From Gloeobacterales cyanobacterium (GTDB lineage: Bacteria; Cyanobacteriota; Cyanobacteriia; Gloeobacterales; PMM-0068): a stretch of DNA of 64,000 nucleotides. The notes under the pieces were generated by a model. That model saw only the letters and a list, made by a program, of their open reading frames with translations, ran no database searches and was not told where the DNA came from. Positions 51,463 through 62,304 of the stretch are shown here, in pieces. Both the position numbers and the translations under genes were made by a program. Numbering within the stretch: position 1 is the stretch's first letter; the number at the start of each line of letters is the position of its first letter. The stretch lies in NCBI GenBank assembly GCA_038245785.1, contig JBBRSB010000002.1, positions 192,001-256,000 on the forward strand, in the 5' to 3' direction.

Positions 51463-54081
51463 ATGCAACCTACCAATCCTAACCAATTTACAGAAAAAGC
51501 CTGGGACGCAATTGTTAGCACTACCGAAGTCGCAAAAAAAGCAAAACAGCAAAACCTTGAAACAGAGCACTTATTAAAATCGCTGCTAGAGCAAGAAGGA
51601 CTTGCCACTAGTATTTTCACAAAAGCGGGAATAGATGTTAAGAAGCTCCGCGACCGCACCGAAGACTTCATCAATCGCCAACCCAAACTATCGAAGGTAG
51701 ATGGTTCTGTATATCTTGGCAAAAGCCTGGATAGCCTCCTAGACCGAGCAGATGACCTACGTAAAAAATGGGGTGATGACTATATTTCGATTGAGCATTT
51801 AGTCCTGGCCTATGTGAAAGATGACCGCATGGGGAAAGTGCTCAAGCAAGAATTAAAATTAGATGAATCCAAGCTGGAATCAGTGATTAAGCAAATTCGT
51901 GGGAATCAAAAAGTGACGGACCAGTCTCCAGAAGGAAAGTACGAATCTTTAGAGAAGTATGGGCGAGATCTGACGCAACTCGCTCGACAAGGGAAATTAG
52001 ATCCGGTCATTGGTCGAGATGATGAGATTCGTCGCACTATTCAAATCCTTTCTCGCCGTACGAAAAATAACCCTGTTTTGATTGGAGAGCCAGGGGTTGG
52101 TAAAACGGCGATAGCCGAAGGGTTAGCCCAGCGCATCATTGATGGGGATGTGCCCGAATCCCTGCGAGACCGGACTTTAATCACCTTGGATATGGGAGCG
52201 CTGATTGCCGGTGCGAAATACCGGGGTGAATTTGAAGAGCGGCTGAAAGCGGTCCTCAAAGAAGTCATAGAATCTGAAGGCCAGATTATTCTCTTTATTG
52301 ATGAAATCCATACGGTCGTCGGGGCCGGAGCTACCCAAGGAGCAATGGATGCAGGCAACTTACTGAAGCCGATGTTAGCTCGGGGTGAATTGCGCTGTAT
52401 TGGCGCAACCACGCTTGATGAGTATCGCAAGTACATCGAAAAGGATGCCGCTCTAGAGCGTAGATTCCAGCAGATTTATGTAGACCAGCCCTCGGTAGAA
52501 GACACGATTTCGATTCTACGGGGTCTCAAAGAACGCTATGCTGTTCATCATGGTGTCCGTATTGCCGATGGCGCTTTGGTGGCAGCAGCGGTACTTTCCA
52601 ATCGATACATCAGTGACCGTTTCTTGCCCGATAAAGCGATTGACTTGGTAGATGAAGCAGCTGCCAAACTGAAAATGGAGATTACCTCGAAACCCGAGGA
52701 GCTTGATGAAATAGACCGCAAAGTGCTTCAACTGGAAATGGAGCGTCTTTCTTTAGAAAAAGAGAGTGACCTTGGTTCAAAAGAGCGGCTCGGCAGATTA
52801 GAAAAAGAACTGGCAGACCTCAAAGAGGACCAATCTAGCCTTAACGCTCGTTGGCAAACGGAAAAACAGGCGATTGAGCAAATTCGCGGTATCCGTGAAG
52901 AAATCGAACAGGTAAATATCGAAATCAGCCAAGCTGAGCGGGATTATGACTTGAGTAAGGCCGCAGAGCTAAAGTATGGCAAGTACAACGAGCTTCAACG
53001 GTCTCTTAAAGAAGCAGAAAACCAGCTATCTGAAGTCCAAACTACGGGACGTTCCTTGCTACGAGAGGAAGTTAGTGAGGAGGACATTGCAGAAATCATT
53101 GGCAAATGGACTGGCATCCCCGTAAGCAAATTAGTGGAATCAGAACGGGATAAGCTCCTACACCTGGAAGATGAACTGCATAGACGAGTGGTTGGTCAAG
53201 ACGAAGCGGTTACGGCAGTAGCCGAGGCTATCCAACGCTCACGGGCAGGGCTCTCAGACCCGAATCGTCCGATTGCCAGCTTTATTTTTCTTGGCCCAAC
53301 AGGTGTAGGCAAAACAGAACTCGCCAAAGCGCTAGCTGCCTATCTTTTTGACACGGAAGAGGCTCTGGTCCGCATCGACATGTCGGAATACATGGAAAAA
53401 CATTCGGTATCTCGGCTGGTCGGTGCCCCTCCAGGCTATGTGGGCTATGAAGAAGGAGGTCAACTTTCAGAGGCTATTCGTCGTCGGCCCTATGCGGTGA
53501 TTCTCTTTGATGAGATTGAAAAAGCCCATGCTGATGTATTCAATATCCTCTTACAAGTGCTGGATGATGGTCGAATAACGGATTCTCAGGGGCGGAAGAT
53601 CGATTTCAAAAATACGGTCATCATCATGACCAGCAATATTGGCTCTCAATTTATTCTGGATGTGGCCGGAGATGATTCTCGGTACGAAGAGATGCGCCTA
53701 CGGGTGACAGAGGCCTTGCGCGGTCATTTCCGTCCTGAATTTCTCAACCGAGTTGATGAGATGATCATCTTCCATAGCCTCCTCAGAGAACAACTCCGAG
53801 ATATTGTCAAACTCCAGGCTCTTCGTTTGGAGAAGCGTTTGGAAGAGCGGAAGATGACACTCAAGCTCTCCGATGCTGCCTTGGATTTCATCGTCGAAGT
53901 GGGCTACGATCCTGTGTACGGCGCCCGTCCGCTTAAGCGTGCTATCCAAAAAGAACTGGAGACCCCTATTGCCAAACGGATTTTGCAGGGTACCTTCCAG
54001 GATGGGAATACCATATTCGTTGATATCGAAAATGAACGGCTCTCTTTTAAGCAACTACCAGCACAAGTGTTGACGGTCTAA
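51463..54081 (+). CDS. clpB: Chaperone ClpB
   Basis: [14 protein letters not shown]; two AAA modules ([16 protein letters not shown]); coiled-coil M domain. Confidence 0.97.
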   Translation: MQPTNPNQFTEKAWDAIVSTTEVAKKAKQQNLETEHLLKSLLEQEGLATSIFTKAGIDVKKLRDRTEDFINRQPKLSKVDGSVYLGKSLDSLLDRADDLRKKWGDDYISIEHLVLAYVKDDRMGKVLKQELKLDESKLESVIKQIRGNQKVTDQSPEGKYESLEKYGRDLTQLARQGKLDPVIGRDDEIRRTIQILSRRTKNNPVLIGEPGVGKTAIAEGLAQRIIDGDVPESLRDRTLITLDMGALIAGAKYRGEFEERLKAVLKEVIESEGQIILFIDEIHTVVGAGATQGAMDAGNLLKPMLARGELRCIGATTLDEYRKYIEKDAALERRFQQIYVDQPSVEDTISILRGLKERYAVHHGVRIADGALVAAAVLSNRYISDRFLPDKAIDLVDEAAAKLKMEITSKPEELDEIDRKVLQLEMERLSLEKESDLGSKERLGRLEKELADLKEDQSSLNARWQTEKQAIEQIRGIREEIEQVNIEISQAERDYDLSKAAELKYGKYNELQRSLKEAENQLSEVQTTGRSLLREEVSEEDIAEIIGKWTGIPVSKLVESERDKLLHLEDELHRRVVGQDEAVTAVAEAIQRSRAGLSDPNRPIASFIFLGPTGVGKTELAKALAAYLFDTEEALVRIDMSEYMEKHSVSRLVGAPPGYVGYEEGGQLSEAIRRRPYAVILFDEIEKAHADVFNILLQVLDDGRITDSQGRKIDFKNTVIIMTSNIGSQFILDVAGDDSRYEEMRLRVTEALRGHFRPEFLNRVDEMIIFHSLLREQLRDIVKLQALRLEKRLEERKMTLKLSDAALDFIVEVGYDPVYGARPLKRAIQKELETPIAKRILQGTFQDGNTIFVDIENERLSFKQLPAQVLTV

Positions 54082-54151
54082 GCTAAACGAATGCCGGATT
54101 TCCACTTGCCTATGTTAATATGCTGGCAACGAAAATTTGCCTGTGCGCCCC

Positions 54152-54649
54152 ATGGCTAAGGTCCTCGTCCTCAACGCATCATACGAACCCCTGAACATCA
54201 CGTCTTGGCGCCGCGCGACTGTTCTTGTCATCAAGGGAAAAGCAGAACAGATAGAACACAACGGGAAAATGCTTTCCCCCGGTTTCCCTCTGCCGACCGT
54301 TATTCGTCTACGGGGCTATGTCCAAGTCCCCTATAAAGAAATTCCTCTGACCCGCCGCAATGTGCTGCATCGAGATGGACATGCTTGTCAATACTGCGGT
54401 TTTAAGGATGACCTGACCATCGACCATGTAATGCCAAAGTCCCGCCGAGGCCAAGATATTTGGGAAAACGTGGTAGCCGCCTGTGTTCGTTGCAATATCC
54501 GCAAAGGGAATCGCACACCCCAGGAAGCAGCAATGACCCTCCGCCGCATTCCCAGCCGACCTCATAGTCCCCTCAACTTCGAAATTTCAAAACACCTTCG
54601 AGGGGGAATTCATGATGAGTGGCGCAAGTATGTAATTGGACTGTCGTAA
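54152..54649 (+). CDS. HNH endonuclease
   Basis: VLVLNASYEPL, RD..CQYCG..TIDHVMP..CVRCNIRKG. Confidence 0.92.
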   Translation: MAKVLVLNASYEPLNITSWRRATVLVIKGKAEQIEHNGKMLSPGFPLPTVIRLRGYVQVPYKEIPLTRRNVLHRDGHACQYCGFKDDLTIDHVMPKSRRGQDIWENVVAACVRCNIRKGNRTPQEAAMTLRRIPSRPHSPLNFEISKHLRGGIHDEWRKYVIGLS

Positions 54650-54665
54650 GGCAGTCTTATTTTTT
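54614..54665 (+). repeat. 52-bp direct repeat, copy 1 (HNH 3' end)
   Basis: 49/52 identical to 57491-57542. Confidence 0.88.
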
Positions 54666-54721
54666 AGTTTCTATATCACTCAACGGAATGAAGACTATAT
54701 TCCGAGCTAGTGGAGCATAGA

Positions 54722-55132
54722 ATGCCAAAACTCATAGTTGACATCGCTGTTTACACGTTTGATATAGACTACAACCAGCATGTAAGCAACATAGTGTTCG
54801 TGCGGTGGATGGAATTGTGCCGCAATAGGTTATTTGAGGTACTGGGATTATCCCAAGAGCTTTTAGCGGCACAGAACTGCCTCCCTGTAGTAGCCGAAAC
54901 ACAAATTGTTTATAAGCAACCTGTTTTCTTTGGTCAATCCATCAAAGTTGAAATGTGGCTCTCTGAATTAGCAAAAGCCTCTTGCTGGATGGCCTTTCAC
55001 TTTTTCAATAATGACGGAGCTCTCGTTGCCACAGGACGGCAAAGGGGTGTTTTTATCAACACAACCACAAACCGCCCTACTCGTCCCAGTCCTGAGCTTC
55101 GCCAGAAGTTTGAGGTTTACCTAGCTCCATAA
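54722..55132 (+). CDS. Acyl-CoA thioesterase (4HBT family)
   Basis: DIDYNQHVSNIVFVRWME. Confidence 0.88.
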   Translation: MPKLIVDIAVYTFDIDYNQHVSNIVFVRWMELCRNRLFEVLGLSQELLAAQNCLPVVAETQIVYKQPVFFGQSIKVEMWLSELAKASCWMAFHFFNNDGALVATGRQRGVFINTTTNRPTRPSPELRQKFEVYLAP

Positions 55133-55335
55133 TCAAGCACTATTTTTGCTGACAAAAATAGCAAAATTTGACAGTCCATTTGATCCTGGCGATTTTTTGA
55201 TGGCAAGACCTGAAGATCCAGATCTTTGGATAAGATATCATCCTATGGTAATTGGAAAAGAATCTATGTATAAGGCTTTTTTGGGGTGTTACTAATTTAA
55301 TCTGTTTCAAATTTTCTATCTTTTATTTGAGGTAT

Positions 55336-56109
55336 TCAAGTTGGACTCCCTGGAATAGCTAAAGAGCGATCACCTGGAGAGTCTACAAATTTTGCTCCTC
55401 GCTTCTTCAGATCAATTTTCATATCCTCATCAACCCCTGGATTAAATCCAAATTGAGCTTCATCCAGTTTAGTACCACTGAGAATAGCATCGCTGAAGTC
55501 GGCCTCTCTAAGGTCGGCACCGCTGAGATAGGCACCACTGAGGTCGGCACCGCTCAGGTTGGCACCGTTGAGGATGGCACCGTTGAGGTAAGCACCACTA
55601 AGGTCGGCACTGTTGAGGATGGTACCGCTCAGGTTGGCACCTCTAAGATAGGCACCTCTAAGGTTGATGCCGCTCAAGTCGGTTTCTCTAAGATCGGCAC
55701 CGTTGATGATGACCTCGCTAAGGTCGGCCTCTCTAAGGTCGACACCGCTCAGGATGGTCATTGTGAGCTTGACATCATTGAGGTCGGGACTCTTGAAAAT
55801 GACCCTAATGAGTTTGGCCCCGTTAAGGTTAACACCCCTAGAGCTGACACTGAGTAACTTGGCATCGCTTAGATCATTTAGAAGGACATTGCTAATGGAA
55901 TCTTTACTTAAATCAGCTGCAGAAAAGTCAATTTCACCAGAATCAGACCAATTTTCTAACCATGGGCCTTCAACGTCTTCAACATATAAGTTGACACGTT
56001 CTAAACCATGAGTAAGCTTATCGTTACGATATTTGCGAGCAGCACGAAGCAAATCTGTAGCACTGGCTTCTTTTTGGCTTTGATTAAGAATAGCGTCTTC
56101 AAGACTCAT
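55336..56109 (-). CDS. Pentapeptide repeat protein
   Basis: A(D/N)LxG repeats with 15-nt nucleotide periodicity at about 55490-55760. Confidence 0.88.
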   Translation of the reverse strand: MSLEDAILNQSQKEASATDLLRAARKYRNDKLTHGLERVNLYVEDVEGPWLENWSDSGEIDFSAADLSKDSISNVLLNDLSDAKLLSVSSRGVNLNGAKLIRVIFKSPDLNDVKLTMTILSGVDLREADLSEVIINGADLRETDLSGINLRGAYLRGANLSGTILNSADLSGAYLNGAILNGANLSGADLSGAYLSGADLREADFSDAILSGTKLDEAQFGFNPGVDEDMKIDLKKRGAKFVDSPGDRSLAIPGSPT

Positions 56110-56155
56110 GATTTTCTGTGAGTGAGTGGCACAAATGTCGTATGGGCTGAAATGA

Positions 56156-56851
56156 TTATCTGGTCGAGTTAACTACAATATAGCAACCTTCAGATAAAGA
56201 GTTGCTTTGCAAGAGCAAGGAGGAGACTGACTTACTCATAGGATGCCTCGGATCGTAACTCAATAACACACCCCGAACGATACCCCAAGATATAAGTGTC
56301 TTTTCCCAGTCGGTTTGTTTCCTTGCTAGCAAACTTGGAGCGTTGGTTGTTAGTTGTAGTGACAGAGCCTTGTTTTGAGATCCACTGAGGAGGAGATCGG
56401 TCGCCATTGCTAGGTCAAGAATGTAGTTGAAAAAACTTGTCCCGTCCTGACTGTGAATTTCTTCGATGGACTGGTCCACAAGGGCTTGGTCGCTTTTTGG
56501 GAACTGTTCTGACATGAGTTTCTTCGTCCAAGTAGTCATCTTGGGATCTTTTTGCCCGAACCATGCTGGGTATAGTATTTCGTACCAGTATTGTTCCGTA
56601 GGGGTAGCCTCTTGCAAAAATTCTCTTCTCTGTTTAGGGTCTTTAATCAAAAGCCATATTTTGGCGTCCAGTATGAGTTCGTTTAGAATGTCTATAACCA
56701 GAGGCTTTTTAGTGAGCAGGCCTGTCTTTTTATCATTTATCCATCGCGAAAACCATCGGAGTCTCATGGCTAGCTGTGGTTCGAGTCGAGTTGCAGTTGC
56801 TATCACGCTTTCAAGTTCAAGCTTGATTTGTCCTGCAGGTATTTTTGGCAT
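56156..56851 (-). CDS. Hypothetical protein
   Basis: 231-aa ORF co-oriented with and just upstream of the pentapeptide gene. Confidence 0.7.
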   Translation of the reverse strand: MPKIPAGQIKLELESVIATATRLEPQLAMRLRWFSRWINDKKTGLLTKKPLVIDILNELILDAKIWLLIKDPKQRREFLQEATPTEQYWYEILYPAWFGQKDPKMTTWTKKLMSEQFPKSDQALVDQSIEEIHSQDGTSFFNYILDLAMATDLLLSGSQNKALSLQLTTNAPSLLARKQTDWEKTLISWGIVRGVLLSYDPRHPMSKSVSSLLLQSNSLSEGCYIVVNSTR

Positions 56852-57125
56852 GTTTAAGAACTGGTGGCTGACGCGTCAATGCTGATTAGTCTACCCCAAA
56901 GTGATAAAGAACTGTTACTAGAGGTCAAGCCTCATACTGAAAGGCAAAGGTGACCGCTATCTAAGCGCATCATTAGAACCATTGCACACAGTTGGCTAAT
57001 GTATATCGTTACATCCTGAATTATTTTATTGCGACTTCGAGTGCATAGGCCCAAGATCTTCTGTCCATTGCGGCGCAGTGTCAGTCTGCTCTAGACCTAA
57101 GGGAATTATACAACCCATAATTCCT

Positions 57126-57356
57126 ATGAGCTATCACGATATTATTACCATTGAGCCGGACAAGCGTGGCGGTAAACCATGTATTCGACGAATGCGAATC
57201 ACTGTGTACGATGTTCTGGGCTGGCTAGCGGTTGGTATGTCCCATGCTGAAATTTTAGAAGACTTTCCTGAATTAACCGAAGAAGACATTAGGGCTTGTT
57301 TAGAATTTGCTGCTGACCGTGAACATCGTTTAGTTGCTTTCGTAGGCGCTGATTGA
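57126..57356 (+). CDS. DUF433 antitoxin
   Basis: GGKPCIRRMRITVYDVL..EILEDFPELTEEDIRACL. Confidence 0.92.
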   Translation: MSYHDIITIEPDKRGGKPCIRRMRITVYDVLGWLAVGMSHAEILEDFPELTEEDIRACLEFAADREHRLVAFVGAD

Positions 57357-57526
57357 AGCTGCTTTTCGACCAAAATTTGAGTAGCAAGCTCATAACTCGC
57401 TTAGCGGATTTTTTCCCTAATTTCAGTCTGGTTCAGTTTCATGGGCTGTCAGAGAAGACTAATACGGAGATATGGACATTTTCCAAGACGGATGAGTGGC
57501 GCAAGTATGTGATTGGACTGGCGTAA
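57353..57526 (+). pseudogene. Truncated DUF5615 PIN-like toxin fused to an HNH C-terminal copy
   Basis: TTG start LKLLFDQNLS..NTEIW, ending DEWRKYVIGLA*. Confidence 0.75.
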
Positions 57527-57542
57527 GGCGGTCTTATTTTTT
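57491..57542 (+). repeat. 52-bp direct repeat, copy 2
   Basis: 49/52 identical to 54614-54665. Confidence 0.88.
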
Positions 57543-57569
57543 TGGTAATTTACAGTTATCGAGCGCACT

Positions 57570-58409
57570 TTAAAAAAGCTGTGTATTTTTGGTTCTGATT
57601 CGTCCATAGAGTTCTTCCATCGTCTCGACAAATGAACTTTCCTTATCCCAAAAGGGCGGAAAATCGCCTTGCTTTTTCACTAGAATTGCTGGAACGCTGG
57701 CTTGTGGAGCTGCTTCAATGGTCTGAGGCAGGCGTTTTGCCCCATGCCAAAAGTCCTTCAAACTTCCAACGGCAACCGCTGTTTGTACTGTGGGTTTTGT
57801 GAAATAACTCAGGTCGGGTTCAGGTGCAGATTTTGTTAGCGTCAATTCTGCCGATAATGCCTGACCTAAGGGTGACTTAGCGAGTTCCTTTTGGAGTGCC
57901 TCTCTCGATAATCCCCTTAGCTCAAATAGCAAAAATGGATCTTGGTCTAACTGGGCGGCGAGGAGATAGTAAACCCCTGCGATGTGCTTACAGGGATTAC
58001 TCCAGTCGGGACAAGAACACTCGGTTTTGAAGTCGTCTTCGTGATGGGGGAGTAGGTGTACATCGAGCTTGGCAAAGGCATTATCGATGTTATCGGGGAT
58101 TTCATTAAGCATCAGTCGAGAAATGAGGCTGGCTTTGGAGGCAACGTAGGCAATTGCCGCTGACCAATTCGCGGCACTAATCGATTTAAATTCGATGGTG
58201 GTAGTGTAAAGCGGTTCTGTATAGACCCCAAAGTAGGGGTTCACAGATCCACGCACTTGGGCCGAAATCACTCCATCTTTAATCTCAAAGCTTTTGACTT
58301 TTCCGCCACGGGCATAGGAGCGGCCACGACTTAAACGACCTGAATCCATTATTTTTTCTAGGGCGGCAATGAAGCGCTGCCCCCACCAAGTCCGACTAAA
58401 TTGAGCCAT
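57570..58409 (-). CDS. SWIM zinc-finger protein
   Basis: GRLSRGRSYAR, CSCPD..PCKH. Confidence 0.92.
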   Translation of the reverse strand: MAQFSRTWWGQRFIAALEKIMDSGRLSRGRSYARGGKVKSFEIKDGVISAQVRGSVNPYFGVYTEPLYTTTIEFKSISAANWSAAIAYVASKASLISRLMLNEIPDNIDNAFAKLDVHLLPHHEDDFKTECSCPDWSNPCKHIAGVYYLLAAQLDQDPFLLFELRGLSREALQKELAKSPLGQALSAELTLTKSAPEPDLSYFTKPTVQTAVAVGSLKDFWHGAKRLPQTIEAAPQASVPAILVKKQGDFPPFWDKESSFVETMEELYGRIRTKNTQLF

Positions 58410-58414
58410 AATTT

Positions 58415-61400
58415 TTACTCCAAAATTGCGCTCTTATTCAAAGTAATAAGCTGCTTAAAGGAATCGTTATCCAAATTGGATAACCACGACTCATCCGAAC
58501 CCACGATCGCTCCCGCTAGTTTTTTCTTGTCTTCAATCATTTCGTCAATCCGCTCTTCGAGGGTGCCGATTGCCACAAACTTATGGACAAACACATTCTT
58601 CTTCTGACCAATGCGGAAAGCCCGGTCTGTCGCCTGATTTTCTACTGCGGGGTTCCACCAGCGGTCAAAGTGGAACACATGATTAGCTTTCGTGAGGGTA
58701 ATACCGACGCCGCCCGCCTTGAGGGACAGAATGAACACCGATGGCTCGGTCTCAGGGTCTTGAAACTCGGTAATCATCTGTTCGCGTTTATTGCGGTTGG
58801 TACCACCGTGAAGATAGTAGGTGTTGTAGTGACAAGTCTGGCGTAGGTACTTTTCAAGGGCATCCCCAAGCTCGGTGAATTGGGTGAAGATCAGCAGGCT
58901 CTCCCCTTCTGCCATCACTTCCGCCACCATTTCGCTAAGGCGACTGAGTTTGTGCGAGCGCTCTGGCGAAAAGTCACTCTCGTCCTGCAAAAACTGTCGG
59001 GGGTGGTTGCAAATTTGCTTCAGCTTCAGCAGCGTAGCCAGAATCAGACCCTTACGCTGAATGCCTTCAGCCTCATCCAGTTCACCCGTAATATCCTTGA
59101 CGACTGCCTCGTAGAGGGAGGCTTGCTCTTTGGTGAGGTTACAGTAGAGCTTTTGCTCCACTTTATCGGGCAAGTCTTTGATGATCGATTGATCGGTCTT
59201 GACCCGTCTTAGAATGAACGGCTCCACCAGCTTTTTGAGGGTCGCCGAGCGCACAGGGTCGTTGTTTTTCTGGATCGGTACTTCAAAGCTTTTGCGGAAA
59301 TGGGCTTCTTTGCCTAAATAGCCCGGATTGAGAAAGTTGAAAATGGACCACAGATCTAACAGACGGTTTTCCACAGGGGTTCCCGTTAGGGCAAGGCGAT
59401 GAGGGGCAGACAGCTTTAGGATCGCTTTTGTCTGCTCTGCCTTGGGATTTTTGATATTTTGTGCTTCGTCTAAGACCAAGCGGTGCCAATCCACGCTCTC
59501 GATAAGCTTGAGGTCCTTGCGAATCAGCGTGAAGGAGGTGATGACCACGTGGTTCTGCTGGGCCATGGCTTGAAATTCCGTGGTGTCTTTAGCGCGTTCG
59601 GTGCCGTGGTGGACGATGGAGCACAGGTGAGGCGCAAATTTTTCGATTTCCTTGCGCCAGTTCCCTACAACAGAGGTGGGCGCAATCAGTAAGGTTGGCT
59701 TCAGGGGCATGGCTGCCTGTTTGGCTTGCTCCTGTTCTTGCACGAGTCGTGCAATAACTTGGACGGTTTTGCCTAAACCCATATCATCCGCCAGACAGCC
59801 ATTGAGTCCCAGTTGCTCCAGATAGGAGAGCCAGGAAAGGCCCCGCTTTTGGTATTCCCGCAGAGTGCCTTGCAGGTGCACGGGGTCTGAGATCGCCTCC
59901 AATCGGCTCTTGTCATGCAGCTTATCCAGCATTTCTGCTAAAGTTTGACCGCGATCAAACTCCACCTCAAGATCTTCGTTGCCCTCCGCCGTCAGCCGCA
60001 TAAAATCGATCAGACTGATCTCTGGGTTTTCTTGCTGATGCTTTTTCCAGAACTCCAGCATTTGCTGCATTTTGTCTTGGTCCAGGTGCATCCACTGTCC
60101 CCGAAACTTCACCAGCGGGGATTTAGCTTTCACCAGTTCCAGCCACTCCTTTTCAGAAACCTGTTCACCCCCAATCGAGAGGTCGTACTGATACTGAACC
60201 AGGTTGTCGTAGCTAAAGTAGCTTTTGGATTTATCTTGAGCGCGGGAAAGAGATTTGCCCTTTGCCCGTAGCCGCACCTTGGCGCGTTGATGACCCTTCG
60301 GCGTCCACCAAGCCGGAATAATCACCTTATATCCAGCGCTTTCTAAGACCCAGGCGGAGTCTTGCAGAAACTCGAAGGCTTCCGCTAAGTCCATGGCAAT
60401 GCTCACGGGCTGATCGGTCTCTAAGCCCTGCCAGAGTTTGGGATAGATTCTTGCGGCGTAGCCTAGATTCAACAGCAGATTTTGTTCAAAGCGCTCACCC
60501 AGTTGCTTTTGTAGTTCTTTCTGGCGCGTAGCCTTTGATGACCAATACTCCGTTAGAGGAACACGCAGGGACGGATCTTGTTTAGGTGCAGCAAGAAACT
60601 GAAGTTCCCAAGGGGCTTCTGGTTGACCCGGCTCCTGAAGCTGAAAACACAGGTAGAACGGGATTGCGGTTTGGATATGACTAATGCGATCACGCCAAGT
60701 CCGCCACTGCTGATACAGCTCCAGTCTCGAATTTTTGCCCAAGGATGAGTCATTGGCTGATAGGCAATGATGCAAAAGAGTATCATCAATCTTTTGCTCA
60801 AACCCAGCAGTAGAGGGGGTATGCGTCGCAATTTCAGTGAGTAAGCATTCCGAAAAATGCCGCAGCAGCAGTTCGCGATCATAAAATTCTGGTGTCTCGT
60901 GGGGTTCTGCAAAGCCCGCAACACAGGCCAGGGGCATATAGTCTACATAACGTTTCAGGTCAGTTTCATATTGATCACTGGTGATTTCCCATCCAGGATA
61001 AACCTCAAAATTCGGCTCATTTTTTGGCTGAGATTTTTTACTCTTAGCCGAAACGGTTTGTTTTGGGTGAACAACTTCTCGATACTTCAGCGCCGGAATG
61101 TACTGGTCTTTCAGAATAACTTGCTTAAAGGTTTGGGTGTAGTGATACCAAAACAGGAGGTCAGCGCCAAGCTGCACCTCCGCCAAATTGTTCATGGCGA
61201 TGAAATGCAACTCATTCAGCAGCTTGATAACATTCGTTACCAGCTCATAATCGGATCCAATCATGTGGATGGGTGTTTTTGCCGCATAGCAGTCCACCTG
61301 CCAATATTTCAGTTCAAATGCTTCTGGAAGGTCCTGCTCTATATATCGCGCCAGTTCTAGGGAAGGGAGAGGACGATCGCCATGACTCGGCAGCAGAAAA

Positions 61401-61633
61401 TATTGTGGTGAAATCCGCTCAGCGATAGGATGCAATCTCAGCTCTGACTTAATCCCTAGCTCCTGCATCAAAAACGTTTCAAGGTCGTTCTTGAAGAGTT
61501 GGCACGGATGAATATGCTGGGTGGTTTTGCTTTTCTTCGTCACCTCATTCGTTTCTACCCAAAGGTAAAATGCACCCCTTTGGATAAATCCATCTTCTAC
61601 TTGGGGAATCCAGGTACCGTGAAGGATTTTCAT
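58415..61633 (-). CDS. SNF2-family helicase
   Basis: LREYQ, ADDMGLGKT, DEAQ, TGTP, QATDRAFRIGQ. Confidence 0.94.
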   Translation of the reverse strand: MKILHGTWIPQVEDGFIQRGAFYLWVETNEVTKKSKTTQHIHPCQLFKNDLETFLMQELGIKSELRLHPIAERISPQYFLLPSHGDRPLPSLELARYIEQDLPEAFELKYWQVDCYAAKTPIHMIGSDYELVTNVIKLLNELHFIAMNNLAEVQLGADLLFWYHYTQTFKQVILKDQYIPALKYREVVHPKQTVSAKSKKSQPKNEPNFEVYPGWEITSDQYETDLKRYVDYMPLACVAGFAEPHETPEFYDRELLLRHFSECLLTEIATHTPSTAGFEQKIDDTLLHHCLSANDSSLGKNSRLELYQQWRTWRDRISHIQTAIPFYLCFQLQEPGQPEAPWELQFLAAPKQDPSLRVPLTEYWSSKATRQKELQKQLGERFEQNLLLNLGYAARIYPKLWQGLETDQPVSIAMDLAEAFEFLQDSAWVLESAGYKVIIPAWWTPKGHQRAKVRLRAKGKSLSRAQDKSKSYFSYDNLVQYQYDLSIGGEQVSEKEWLELVKAKSPLVKFRGQWMHLDQDKMQQMLEFWKKHQQENPEISLIDFMRLTAEGNEDLEVEFDRGQTLAEMLDKLHDKSRLEAISDPVHLQGTLREYQKRGLSWLSYLEQLGLNGCLADDMGLGKTVQVIARLVQEQEQAKQAAMPLKPTLLIAPTSVVGNWRKEIEKFAPHLCSIVHHGTERAKDTTEFQAMAQQNHVVITSFTLIRKDLKLIESVDWHRLVLDEAQNIKNPKAEQTKAILKLSAPHRLALTGTPVENRLLDLWSIFNFLNPGYLGKEAHFRKSFEVPIQKNNDPVRSATLKKLVEPFILRRVKTDQSIIKDLPDKVEQKLYCNLTKEQASLYEAVVKDITGELDEAEGIQRKGLILATLLKLKQICNHPRQFLQDESDFSPERSHKLSRLSEMVAEVMAEGESLLIFTQFTELGDALEKYLRQTCHYNTYYLHGGTNRNKREQMITEFQDPETEPSVFILSLKAGGVGITLTKANHVFHFDRWWNPAVENQATDRAFRIGQKKNVFVHKFVAIGTLEERIDEMIEDKKKLAGAIVGSDESWLSNLDNDSFKQLITLNKSAILE

Positions 61634-61745
61634 ATGCCTAGTCTAGAAGAACGTTTTTGATTCGTCGACGACTTCTGCCAGGCATTTGAACCTTGTTAGC
61701 ACCGACAATTACTTACAGGATGGTCTGAAACAGACGCGAAGCAGC
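61634..61745 (+). pseudogene. IS982-like transposase N-terminal remnant
   Basis: MPSLEERF*FVDDFCQAFEPC*HRQLL resembles the start of cyanobacterial IS982 transposases; two stops. Confidence 0.6.
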
Positions 61746-61761
61746 TTGGGGTAGTTCATAA

Positions 61762-62304
61762 CTAAGACTTATTTCGTACAAGGCCCAAATCATAGTCTCT
61801 AAGGAGCGTCCGTACTCCAGTAGCGAAAGCGCCTGCGGAGGTATCGGTAGCAGGCAAAGCGTGGATAGAAACATCCAAGGACTCCCCATTGTAGGGCTTT
61901 TCTAGTTGACTAAAGTAGGGACCAATATCGCGTACCGTATTCGGCACTGGGCTAAAACGAGCTTTGACGGAGACTAAAACCCAGCGGTTCTGCAAACGTT
62001 CGATGCGCAGGACCCGCTCAATCAGGACTGGTTTCATCTCTTTGCGTTCCCAGAATCGCTCAAAGGTGAGTAGCCGGACATCTGATCCCTCTACTTTAGG
62101 GGTACTGGTGCGCAAAAGTCGGCTGGATGTGGGCACAGAACCATAAGCTCGATTGACATAATCAGGAAGGGCCGTTTGTAACGTATTCGCCAAGTCATCG
62201 AGTGGACTGGCTTGGACCTGCTGTGCGAAAAAGCTGAGTAATCCTACAGAAACTAGGAATTTAGGAAGGTGCATGATCCTTACCTGAAATTTCTGGGCCT
62301 GCAA
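61762..62304 (-). CDS. Hypothetical secreted protein
   Basis: Signal-like segment; LPDYVNR; overlaps the pyrF end. Confidence 0.65.
   Translation of the reverse strand: MQAQKFQVRIMHLPKFLVSVGLLSFFAQQVQASPLDDLANTLQTALPDYVNRAYGSVPTSSRLLRTSTPKVEGSDVRLLTFERFWERKEMKPVLIERVLRIERLQNRWVLVSVKARFSPVPNTVRDIGPYFSQLEKPYNGESLDVSIHALPATDTSAGAFATGVRTLLRDYDLGLVRNKS

Noticed and set aside
55453..55857. Plus-strand 134-aa repetitive ORF
   Set aside because: Antisense shadow of the pentapeptide repeat gene.
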